From contig CM060734.1 of assembly GCA_030704615.1 (NCBI GenBank), positions 55,242,001-55,306,000 on the forward strand: DNA of 64,000 nucleotides, read 5' to 3'. The translations under genes and the position numbers were made by a program. Every line of letters begins with the position of its first letter. The first letter of the stretch is position 1. Below, piece by piece: positions 1 through 11,398 of this stretch. Source of the stretch: Takakia lepidozioides (Eukaryota; Plantae; Bryophyta). The notes below the pieces were generated by a model. That model was not told the DNA's origin, ran no database searches, and worked only from the letters and a program-made list of their open reading frames with translations.

Positions 1-1822
1 GGAGCTCGAAGCAGCGAGAAGAGCAGTATCTATGTGCAAGCCTACCGAAGGTAACTGAGGATGTGATTTGTGAGTCCTCTTTTCCTCTTCCACAGCCTGC
101 ATTTCGGCCACCCTTCCCACCTGCACTCCAATTTCCGACAGGACTTTCCGCACCACGCCGCTGTGTTGACGATGTTTCTCTACTCTGATTAGCTTTGGAC
201 GATTGGAAGACATTGTATGCAAGTTTTGAAGGTTGGTGGAAGTCCTTAGTTTGGGTTGCTAGCTTCGGGAGCCATAGTGTACGCAGTTGCAAAATAGTAT
301 AATCCAAACCCTCAGTGTGTCCGCACATGTTGCCAGTTGATATGGAAGTTGGGCAGAGTGTAGTGGCCGACTGGGGGACGGGCTCAAGAGGATCTGAGCT
401 CAGGGATTTTGTTGGCTTTGGTCTGCTGGATCTTCCTTCTTCCTCTTTTGACGTTTGACATAGAATTAGCACTGGCGGAATTCGTTAGTTTGTTCTTTGG
501 TATGGGTAAAAGTAATATGGTGCACCACCGGTGATGACAAGCAAGGTACCATGAGCCTCTGCAGGAATAAATGCGCACCGAGGTAGCTATCCTACCCGGC
601 CTGCAGGGGGCGTAGATTATTGTGCCGTCATGCTAATCTGAGGTGTTTGTCTGGCAATGTCCATGTCTTGGGTTGCGCCCAGGTTCCCGCTTTTGCTGAT
701 ATTAAGGGTTTGGCTGACTCATGCAGCAAAGTGGATATGTTTTGTCCGTACTGTATACCGTGGCAATGCAAAATATTGAGATGAACTTCACCTCTGGTAG
801 CAGGAGCCTCTGGAGATTGACTGAAAACATAATGCTTTGAGTCGGGGGTCCTTCCTGAGCTGAGGAGGTGATCTCCAAGCACAGGATATCCTTTTCAGAC
901 TGGCACTGGCTTGACTTATTCTTAAAGTAAGTTTTTTGACCTTCAAGAAAGACTTTCTAATCTTTTTGAGGTGCTTAGATGTTGTAGGCATGCTAGGAAA
1001 CGAGGTAGTGGTAAGGTTGGATGTGTCTGCAGCTTGTGGATTGCAAGGGTTACAGGTGGCAATTGGAGCCACAGCTTCAATCCCAGATATGGGAGACAAA
1101 GAAGAAGTGTCACCTATTTTGAATGTATGAGTCGTGCATATAGTTTGCAATTCTACAAGAATGTCTTTCTACCAATGACCCTCTTTCCAAGTCTTCGTTG
1201 GCACAAGCATTGTTGCATTTGCAGTCTCCCACAAAAACAAATAAATAGATAAACACAAACCCATGAGTATTGGTGTGTGTACATCTGGTATTACTCACCA
1301 TTCATATTCTAGGGTTGATGATGCTCATTGCTGTTGTTTTTGTCCTTCATGTCTTCTTGTCTAGAACAAAACACTCCTGAAAATGCCTCAAGTGGTGTGT
1401 GGCTAAAACACAACTTGTTCACAAGGCTTCGGAGACTCACCTTTGCTACTGCCAGCTTTATTGAAAACCTGAATGGTTGAAGAAGAACAGTGATAGGTGC
1501 ATGTCGCATGGTCTGGTTGAATGTGATTTGAAGGTCCGATTCTTTTGGGCAGCGGTATTTCCACTTCATCACGCTGTGCATAAAGCAAAGTTGTTTACAT
1601 AAGAACCTCGGTCCTCCTCTGAAGGCAGATTGGATAGAACTATTGATGTTAGTTAGGATCTTAATTCTTGAATTGCTCATGGTCATGATCTTTCTCTGCA
1701 GGGGCAGATCCCTTCTTCTCTCAATACCACTGGAGCTGCTGGGTTTTGAGCTTGTGCATGTCATAAGGGCTTGTACATGCTGGGTTTCCTTCCATGTAAC
1801 CAGGGTGCCATATAGGGTGAAG

Positions 1823-4800
1823 ATGGCAAGCATGGATGTCAATGACGGTCCTGCCAGGGCCGGCAGCAAGCGACACTACCCAGGGGTTGGGGGCCGGGGA
1901 CAACAAGTTTGCAGATTCTGGCAAAATGGGAGATGCATCAAAGGTGATGCTTGCCAGTGGTTGCACCCAGGCAACCCAGGCCCCACAGGCCGTGGCGCAG
2001 GAGCCGGTGGGAATGGAACTTATGTAAACGATGAGAGGGGAGGCTGGGGATCCACAAGTGGCAGTGGATTTTCTAGTGGTAGGCAAAGAAATGTCTCAGC
2101 TAGATGGGGTAGGTCCCGCGTAGGGCAGCGAGAGGGTGCGCAGCGGAGCACAAAGTGGAAGCCTTGCTTCAATTGGCTTAAAGGTCACTGCTCGCATGGA
2201 GAAGATTGCAATTTTCTTCACACTCACACCACCGCCCCCGATGTGGAGATGATTACCCAGCTTGATGGCCATGAAAAGGTACCCTTTGTAGCTTGCTACT
2301 GTCATCACAATGCAGCTCTCTTATAACCATAAATACATGATGTCAGAATATAAACATCCAGGAAGAGGGCCACTGTAATCCCAAGTTTTACTCCATTCAG
2401 CCTTTTCTTTCGTCTTTGTGGCAGCAGGTGCGAAGGTAGGTATACTGGTTTGCTATCTGTGGCTCTTTTGTCTCGCACCCTCCTTCACCCTCTCTTCTGA
2501 CTCCAACATCAAGGGATACTCGTTTTGATGCACTCCGTGGGTTTGGCAGGCAGTCAGAGCAATAGCATTGCCAGCAGGATCTTCCCAGCTTTATACAGGT
2601 GGTCAAGATGAAACTGTGCGTATGTGGGACTGCACCACGGGCATGGTAATCGCTACATATTCACTTTCCTCTTGTGTATGTTGCTCTTGTCTAACCAGTG
2701 AAGATAGGGTAAAATAGGGTAAGGTAGGGTTTGACAAAGGGCAGGGGGGTTGTTGGCTTCAGTGTACCGGTGTGGTACAGATGGGAGGAGATGTGGGTGC
2801 TTTGCTAAGTGCACCTGGATGGTTGTTTATTGGTCTCATCAATGAGGTGAAGGTAAATTTTCAGTCCACATTTACTATGGACTCCCCAACAATGTCTATG
2901 AGCTTGTCCTTCAAAGTTTGCTGCAATGGCAGAAGACATACAGATTTTTCTGTTTGCCGGTTTTTCTGAGCCAGTTTCAAGTTCCCCTACTAACACCGAG
3001 GCACCTGGGTAAACAGACATGGAATATGCAGACATCGGCACAACAGAGCTTGAGTGGGCCCAAAGGCCAAGTGCATGCACTTGCCGTGAGTAGTGAAGGT
3101 GTGCTTTTTGCTGGCACTCAAGTAAGCTGCATATTTCTCGATTCTCTCTAGAAGCAATTGTTGGTCTTTTAGGGAGGGCATGGTTTCATGTCTCCTAGAA
3201 TGATGTCATTATTAGCGAAAATTCTCATAAATCTTGTGTAATAGTGTGTATGAGCAGTAGGGGTCATGTTATAGCATGTTCCCTACTGTGCGGGGTGTAA
3301 AACCCCACCTGGCTTTGGAGGGTTAGTATCTTTTTCAAGTGTGCCTCTGTTGCATGATGGTCAGAGCTCATGGAGAGTAATAAATGAATGCATGTGTTTC
3401 TATCTCCTTTTTGCTCTCCTCACCCCTTGGTGATGTATTGGTCAGGATGGGAATATCTTGGCTTGGAAATTCAGCCCAACCACAAACTCGTTTGAGCCAG
3501 CTACGGCTTTCTCTGGTCACACTGGCCCTGTGATAACACTTCTCTTCACCAGCAACCGCCTTTACTCTGGTTCCATGGACAGATCAATTCGGGTACATAT
3601 CTAACCTACTGAGTTGAAGGTTGTCCGTTATATCTGGTGGCCTGTTGCTGTGCTTCACCACCTGTAAATCAAGAGGGAATCTTGTGAATAAGCTAAAAGT
3701 GTGTAAACAAATTTGGGATGGCAGGTTTGGGAACAATCAACAGGACAGTGCATACAAACACTCCAGAGCCATGCCAATGTGGTGATGGACCTCCTCTGCT
3801 GGGAGCAGTTCCTGCTGTCCTGCTCTCTCGATGGGACAATTAAGGTATATGAGATGTTGTTGGGTTGCCTCTTAAAATATGCCTCTGTAGATATTGATAA
3901 AGGCTCACTGTGTCGAGAAGCATGTGTCATATTTGATGGTATCATTTAGTTGGACTCCATGGACTGTTGCAGGTGTGGGCATCCAATGTTGCTGGTCAAT
4001 TGGAGGAAACCTTCACGTTCCCTGAAGTTGAAGGTGTAGATCCACGCAATGTAAGCTTTTCCAAGTCCCTTTGTCTCCAGAACTTGTTACTCTTCCCCTA
4101 CTAATTATCGTACTCCACTAGATCAAGTCTCAACCACCACATGGCTGCCACCATCCACCAAAACATCTTCCTGGTTCCTGAGGTAATAGGAGAACCCTTT
4201 GATCCTCCTCAAGCTATCATCCTCCAAAAGCAGGCGAGAAACATGCTGGTCAAAGATCATCTTAGGGAGATACTTGCACAAAGCACTTTTTGCAGAGTTG
4301 TCCCCACAAGTTCTGAGTAGTTCCCAGATCCTTTGGATCAAGGGACACAACTTTAGAGTAAGATTTTGGGTAGTATGTAAAGGATCAGTTGTTTTCTCTG
4401 CTATTTACTACATTGTTAGGTGAAGAACTGAGATAGCTCGTCCTTGGCTGCGGCCTTGAGCTTATGAGGACCTGGAGCACCTCCTAGATGAGGCTGAGCA
4501 ATATTTTTTGGATGGGTGCTCTTATATGTCCTCTAGGCTAGAGTCAACTATGTTGGGGTAAGTAAGGGTCTCTATTTGGTGTTGCATTGCTCATCATGCA
4601 TGTTTTTTTTTGCAGGGAGCTCTAAAAATGTGTGGATGCAATGACGAAGCAGGCAAGCCAGTGTTGCTCTGTTCATACAATGACAACACTGTCCGGCTTT
4701 ACGATCTTCCCACGTAAATATTGTTCTTTCCTTCTTTTAGACTCGGATATGCGATTGTATGAGTGTGTGGGCAATCTGTGAAAGACGTCAGTTGGCAAAT

Positions 4801-5098
4801 CTGTGCTGCTGTGGACATCTGCTTCCTGGAAGTTTTGGCATGGTGGAAGTAACAGAGAACATCTAGTAGCTACTCGAATGCTGCCCTGTGCTCGGTGGTG
4901 AATCTTTTTGAGTATCTTGCTCTCAATATAGTCTTCTCTTAATGATGCAGTTTCAGCGAAAGAGGGCAGCTGTTCTCAAGGGAGGAGGTGCGGGCACTTG
5001 AGAAAGGGCCTGGGGGCCTTGTGTTTTCCGGAGACAGCTGTGGTGTGGTTAAGGTCTGGCGTTGGACCGGAGTTCAACTGCCACCTGCTGCCTGTTGA
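1823..5098 (+). CDS. ZFWD: Zinc finger CCCH + WD40-repeat protein (ZFWD family), 9 coding exons
   Basis: Two CCCH fingers (CRFWQNGRCIKGDACQWLH; CFNWLKGHCSHGEDCNFLH) followed by WD40 repeats (LYTGGQDETVRMWD, LYSGSMDRSIRVWE, LLSCSLDGTIKVW). In-phase GT-AG exons: 1823-2278, 2550-2645, 2763-2852, 3017-3121, 3446-3592, 3725-3844, 3973-4050, 4616-4713, 4951-5098 (TGA). Confidence 0.93.
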
Positions 5099-5410
5099 AG
5101 TGTCTTTTTTTGAGCGCCACTAGTAGTGCCCCTCAGAGAGAAAGATGCCCTTGTTCTGGGGCAAGATATTGGACTACCTAACATTGCCCCATTATCCTCT
5201 GTGGATATATGCAACTTCACTGAGCTTAAGCCAAGTTGGCAATCAGATCTGCCACCCGGCACTGGTTGAAGTGTCTTCTTTGATACGCCACCTCAAAGAG
5301 AAAGATGACCTCTTTCCGGGGCAGATATTAGACTGTCTACATTGTGCCCATATCTTCTGTGGATCTACACAACTTCACTGAGTTTAAGCAAAGTTGCCAA
5401 TCAGAGCTTG
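5079..5410 (+). repeat. Diverged tandem duplication (~165 bp x2) of the ZFWD stop codon and 3'UTR
   Basis: gttgaagtgtct...agagaaagatg...gatatt...tctgtggat...caacttcactgag..taagc.aagttg.caatcaga occurs twice, at ~5094-5250 and ~5265-5407. Confidence 0.8.
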
Positions 5411-6398
5411 CATCATGGGCATACCTTTGTTACATTATGTCGTCTCAAAAGAATGGAACCAACTGAGGGTCTTTTACAATTTGAAGCCTTTGAATAGCCT
5501 GGACTTCTCCAGAGTTTTGTTCAAAATTGAACTGTCTTGTTACTGTATTTTATTCCTCTTTCAGGTGGTTACCAGTCAATTTCTGTCTCTTCCACTGGAG
5601 ACAGGAGATTCAGGGTATGGGAAAAATTACCCTCATTTGTTCCTCAGAATAAAAAGTCGAAAGGGGGTGTGACACTTGCAGGAATCCCATGTAATATTGT
5701 TAAGGTAAAATAGCAGTCTGTGACTGTGCGATGAGTGCAAGGTACTAGAAGACTTTTTCAGGACTCAGTCCATCTCCCTTTCTTTGCAATGCAACTTTCA
5801 GAAGGCATGAGGATCTTCTTGCTTGGTTTTTCTTCACATCTATTGAGCGAATGGAAACTTCACCTGAGAATTGAGCCAAGCTCTTTCCTTCCAGCTTCAA
5901 GCCTATTACTCGTGCCTGGTTGTTTCGTCATCAGTTCAAGGGTGTAAATTTGAGTTCGGCATGGGTGCAGGTTCTGAGAAGCCTTTTCATGTTGAACCAT
6001 GCCACAGATTTGGGTTGCAATTGTTATGAAACTCAATAAGCGTTTGTATCTATTTACATCTATTCTTGATCCAAAAGATGTACCTGCCCAAGAGACCTCA
6101 ATAGTAGATAGTAATGGCCGTTCCGCTCAACTATCAGAGCACTGAGGCCAAATTTTGTGCCTTTGGGCAGCCAAGCTCTCTTCTACCTTTTTGCTCTTGA
6201 AGGCTGATTCCTGTCCTGGCTGAGGAAACCATTGCATGCTTTCGTTGCCTTTTGAGGGACCTATGGCCTATAGAAACTGTCTACCTGAGACTATCCTTGG
6301 ACACAAATTAGAATGCATAATGACATCTATAACTGTTTTTTCAGTTAAATATGGAAATAAATTCCTGTTGCTGTCACACTGATGTGTGGGTGAGGCAG

Positions 6399-9300
6399 GT
6401 TTGGAACTGCTTTGAGCAAACTTATGGAGACCTTGCCAGCATGCTGAGGGTACATTGGGCTTTCATCATTCAGGTTGCTGTGAACAGGTTGCTGTAACTT
6501 ACTGTAACTAAGTGTTGCTTTTGTGTATGTGGTCAGTACTAGTTTGTAAGCGCTCTTACGTACAAGTTCTCTATCAGCCTCAGTATGAAAGGGTACGGAC
6601 AGACCTACTAGAGTGGAATTTGATGCTGAACAGCTTTTAGGAGGACTGGAATGCTTTTTTCACGGACACATGCAAATGCTTTGTTATATGTCTTCAAGGT
6701 CAGTGTGTTAAGAAAATGCTCTCCTTGTGAGACACAGGTCACATTCTACAATCTAGTCTGCACAGCATAAGGTGTTTCTGTTGACAAACTACAGTTGACT
6801 GGAATAGAGGTTACAGTAATATTTGAAGCCACAGTGCAAAGCCAGTTAATGGTAGCAGTTGTGCGGCTGCAAGCGTGCAGTTTTAACTCAATGACAAAGA
6901 TGTACCTGATAACAAGCTAATCACCACCAGGCAGGGGGATGAAGACAACATGTGATGTAAAGAAGATTTACACTGTTATGCTGAGGATGTCACCTTTTCT
7001 CAGGGCTAACACAGTTCACGATGTATAACGGGTGTAGCACAGAAGGAAGGAGGCCTTATCCGTGGCCTTCACGGAAAGTTCATTTCAGCAGCTGATTGAA
7101 TGCTATCGCTTCCCGACCTTTGGCCCTGCTTGTCATCTGACCTTGATCACATGGCCCCGTCATCACTAGGTGCTCCTGTCCCTGTGGATCAGAAGACCAA
7201 TTTGTGCTGATGTCACTGAATTGGATGGATTTTTGTAGTACTAATGCCGGGGAAGTTCAATTCTCTCTCACTAATTTGTGCTGTGTGCCAACCAGATAAC
7301 AGTGCAGAAGACGCCTGCTGAACATGGTGTAAATGTCTTACTTGGAGGTCAGGAGCCAGGGCCGGCAGGTACTTTCCATGTGAACGCACTATCCTCTTTT
7401 TATTTTATGTTTTAGTTGGGTTAATTGGTTTGTTTAATTGGTTTCAGGTGTCCTTAGCAAAGCCCAGAGATATTCAGAAATTCATCTTAGGTCTGAACAA
7501 CCAATAAATATTTGTTGTGACAGTCATTGAGAAAATCCAGCAACAGCAGGAGCATCACTAGCTCTGAATGTTGTTTGACCTGATATCTGTGACATGGTGC
7601 TCTATGATCCACAACAGGGCTTTCATAAACCCTCACATTTCCTGTATACTATGAGCTCATGTACTTTCTGTCACAATGTTTTGGAAATGTGAGAGTGCTG
7701 ATTTGTGATTTCATTGCATTCTCATGTTCGTAAATATGGTTTGATGTTGCAGGGGTTCCCCAACACGGGCATGAATGGGTTTGGTGCCTCCTGCCAGGAT
7801 GGGAGCAGGTATTCCATATGGGCCGCCAGTGCTGGACTTGCCTCCACCTGGTCCACAGCTTTTGCAGGATCTACTTTCCCCTGGCATCGTCCCCCTCAGG
7901 TCCACAAGAAGTTCCCTTGGACTTGAGATAGAGCTGTATGATGTGAGAGTCCCAAATCTCGCTCAAGAATCTCATTCTACTCCAAATGTGTCTCATTGCA
8001 GCAACTATGCAGAATGACTTCATCTTGCTTGTTCCAGTTTGACCTTTTTTTCGCTGGTTATAGTACTGTTATTGATGTGCCTTTCATATGAAACCTGGCC
8101 TTAGAAGTTGTCAAGGGGCTTTTGAATGGTTCTGAAGCCTCCAGGCGTGCAAACCTTAAAACATTGAACCATCTCGTCTCAATGTGTTGTGAAGTCACAG
8201 GGAACAGCTTTCCCACTTGAGTAGTTTTGGTGCATTACAGCTCCAGCTCAGAACCAGCTCAGCAGTTGGCTCTTCCAAGCTGAAATTCTACTCAAACTGA
8301 AACTGGATTTACTTCAGAGGCCTTTCTATGCTGGAACAAGCCCACAATCCCAGTAAAATCCGATATTTCTCTTGATTTTAAGTCGAAGACAAGGATTTGT
8401 ACAGACAACTTCACAGCATCCTGGACGAGTGCTCCACAACAGAACAACCTCACCACAAGTTTGTATTTCGAGCTAGTGAATGATGAGAGACCACACATCT
8501 GAGTCTGTATGGCAGGTGCAGGGGCAATTCCAGGCAGTGGAGTGATGCCAGGGGCCATCTTCATTTGTAGCAGATTCCACCCCTTCCCCCCGGTTGTCCT
8601 CCAGGGGATGCAACTCTAACTTCGAAGACCATTGGCCCTCAAGCATCTGCCCTCTTCTGGCGGCTCTTTTCTCAGCCGCCGTCCTGCAGTTAGTGGTATG
8701 TGATGTTTGCTGATTTTAAGGGTACAGGAAGGCCTTGTTTAGGTCTTGCAACAGTGAAGTTCAGAGTGCCCGGTGCTGTCTTGGTTAGACTTGTGTGGTT
8801 CAAGACTAGTGAAAGCATTTGGTCTGTAAATCCAGAGTGAGGAACTACTGATAAATATTAAGACAGGTGTATACTTAGGTACTTTTGCCAGATGCAGAAT
8901 TGGTAATGTCAGCAATATCACAGACCGATTTGGCACCAGTTGTGGAAGACTGGTGTCCAGGCTGTATCCAGGCGTTGCAGCCTTTGGGAGCAGGGGATGA
9001 AAGTGCCTGGAGTAAGAGCCAATATGGGCTCCATCCATCTGCCAGGCCTTCCAATTCCAACCTAATCAGCCCCAGATTCCCAGACCTCAGACGGATATAG
9101 TTCTCGACCATCTCACCAACATCAAACCTCAAGATGCAATGATCCTGAAACAAGTGTGCGACTCCCACTCTTTCCTTTTGAAGCTCTCATGTACTATTGA
9201 ATGGGCAACAATGTATTCTTCTCTTGAGGAGATTTTTTGTCCACTTTTCTGAAATTTCACAATGACAAGTATTTGAGAACCTACTGCTTTGAAGTTGTGA

Positions 9301-9480
9301 AGGCACTGAAATGGTGAATGAATTACATGCATGTCCAGAGATTGAAGAGGATGAGGATATCACGGTCACACAGAACAGGCCACCACCCCGAGATGTCTTC
9401 TCACCGCAGCAGCTGCAGCGAGCATGGGTTGGGACCTGCATGTTTTCCAGACCAGATCTGAGTAGCCACTGGAACATGTG
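6399..9480 (+). pseudogene. CSTF77: Unprocessed partial pseudogene of cleavage stimulation factor 77 kDa subunit (C-terminal half)
   Basis: Collinear exon remnants: VWNCFEQTYGDLASMLR (6399-6449); V*HRRKEALS..QQLIECYRF/DLWPCLSSDLDHMA (7032-7165, stop and frameshift); VV*PDICDMVLYDPQQ (~7570-7617); KHLPSS..FLSRRPAVSG (~8640-8695); PDAELVMSAISQTDL (~8888); EEDEDITVTQNRPPPRDVF (~9344). These match the order of plant CstF77 HAT-C and C-terminal motifs. Confidence 0.8.
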
Positions 9481-10250
9481 TAGCTGTAGAACTGCTCAGG
9501 ACAAGGATCTAAGTTCACTCTGGATAACCAAAGAATGTGACCATGGGTTGGCAACAAGCAAAATGGGAGATTGCCTGATCATGCATTTGGTACGCAATGA
9601 AATGATTTCCAAATGGAGAAGCCCCTGTGGATGGAAAAGCAATGTGCGAGACATGGAGCAGTTAGTACTATGTCATTGATTTTCTGTAGTTTGAACATGT
9701 GGCTTGAAGTCGATTCTGAGCGCAAAGACCTACAATTTCAGTAATTTCCTTCCCAAAACTGCTTAACACCAGACAAGTCTTTTGGGCTACTAGTACAGCT
9801 TCCCAACGATGCATTTGTTCCTGTGAGATGCTGTGTGTCCATGAGGGCTTTTACTGTTCTCTACTGACCCTATTTCTTGTGAGCCTTGCTAATCAAGGCT
9901 CTTCTTGACCCTGGGGAACCTATGTGTTCTTCTCAAATTGGAAGAAGAAAGGTAATAAGCCCTTCAATTGTGAAAAAGATTTGTGGGATCCACTTCTGCT
10001 TTACTGGAATTCCCCTGAACAAGTCACAAAGACTCAACCATGAAACATGCACTTGCCAGCATAAGGAACATGTCACATTGGGGCCGTGCGGGGGGTTGCT
10101 GGCCAAGCCACATGATTGGTTTAAGTATGAGAGGAGTTCCTCTCATTGCCTATATATTATATATAAAATCAGGCGGCTTGGTAAGTATGAGAGGAGTCAG
10201 GAGTCAGGACTCCCTTTCATTTCCCATATATTAAATCAGTTCCTGTTTTC

Positions 10251-10496
10251 ATTATTGCATGCAAGGGAGCTGTTGACCTCAGCGCACAGGCTTCTCATAA
10301 ATCGAAGCTGAAATTGCAGTTGACATCTAGTCTCAAGGGAATAGCCAAACAAATCATCAACTTTGAAATGTCGAAGCCCATGCGAGTCACGGTGAGTGAT
10401 TGGGCTACGCCGCTGCTGGATAAATCTCAAGTGCAGTATGCTTGCCTCGATGCGTGGGCATCTTATGCAATATTAAAGGAGTTAAGCCAAACGTGA
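10251..10496 (+). pseudogene. C-terminal fragment of a WRN/WEX-like DEDDy 3'-5' exonuclease
   Basis: CKGAVDLSAQA...SSLKGIAKQIINFEMSKPMRVTVSDWATPLLDKSQVQYACLDAWASYAILKEL* contains the SDW...L...Q.QYA.LDA ExoIII motif. No ExoI/ExoII exons were found upstream. Confidence 0.75.
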
Positions 10497-11398
10497 ACTG
10501 TTCATCACATCACTCGACGTAACATCTTTTTGTGAGTTCCACTCCGCATCATTTCACATGTGATCAACCGAATATTGACATATGAGGTAGATTTGCATAC
10601 TGCAACTTTCAGGAGGTGATCTCACAAGGAAGCCAAGGAGAATTTGTAGTGTCAATGAGTTGGTGCAACTGCCAGGTGCTGATGTCGCCAGTGAACAAAA
10701 TCTTGCGACTGCGATCTGTTAAATCTTCCACTTCAAATTCGACTTCTGTTGTTGTCTTGTTGCCTCTGGTTTGAAACTGATACCTTTGAAGTTCTAGTGC
10801 TATTCCTATCTGCACTTCTCTGCCTGTTCTCTGGCTGTCATGACTAACAGATATGTGCTTGTTTAACAAGTATCCAGCTTGCTATTTCTATCTGAACCTT
10901 TCTGTCATGACATGAATAGCAAGCATCTAACAAGTATCTAAATTATCCAACTTGCTATTCAGGGAGCATCAGCTACACTGAAGTGAACAAACACTCTGTA
11001 ACTGAACAAACACTCAAGATCTCCTGTTTTTGCTCCAGGTACAGAACGTATCAAGCATGATGAGGAATGACAATAATAAATTTGATCATGCGGAGGTGGA
11101 ACATGATACGGTGGTGGTACAGTTGGACTAGTTTTTGGGGGAGACAATTGAAATTCTAGTAAGAGCAACAAAAGACCAATACTGCCCAAGTAAAACAAAC
11201 AGCATTTTACAAGTGACTTGCAAGGCAGGGGGGTCCAATACAAGTCGCTGATTTTCCCCTCTTCTTTCCTCCATCATTGTCATTTGCAAGTCAGCAAGAT
11301 GGGGAGGTCAAATATTGGCAAAGATGATGAGATTGGTGCACCTGGCATCAGCTCCTGGAGTTCATCTATATATTATATGCTTATTATATATTGTATTG

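Noticed and set aside
384-1869. Several minus-strand ORFs (up to 186 aa) and the 60-aa extension of ORF 1643-2326
   Set aside because: No recognisable motifs. More simply explained as ZFWD 5'UTR and intron (donor at 51, acceptor at ~1701).
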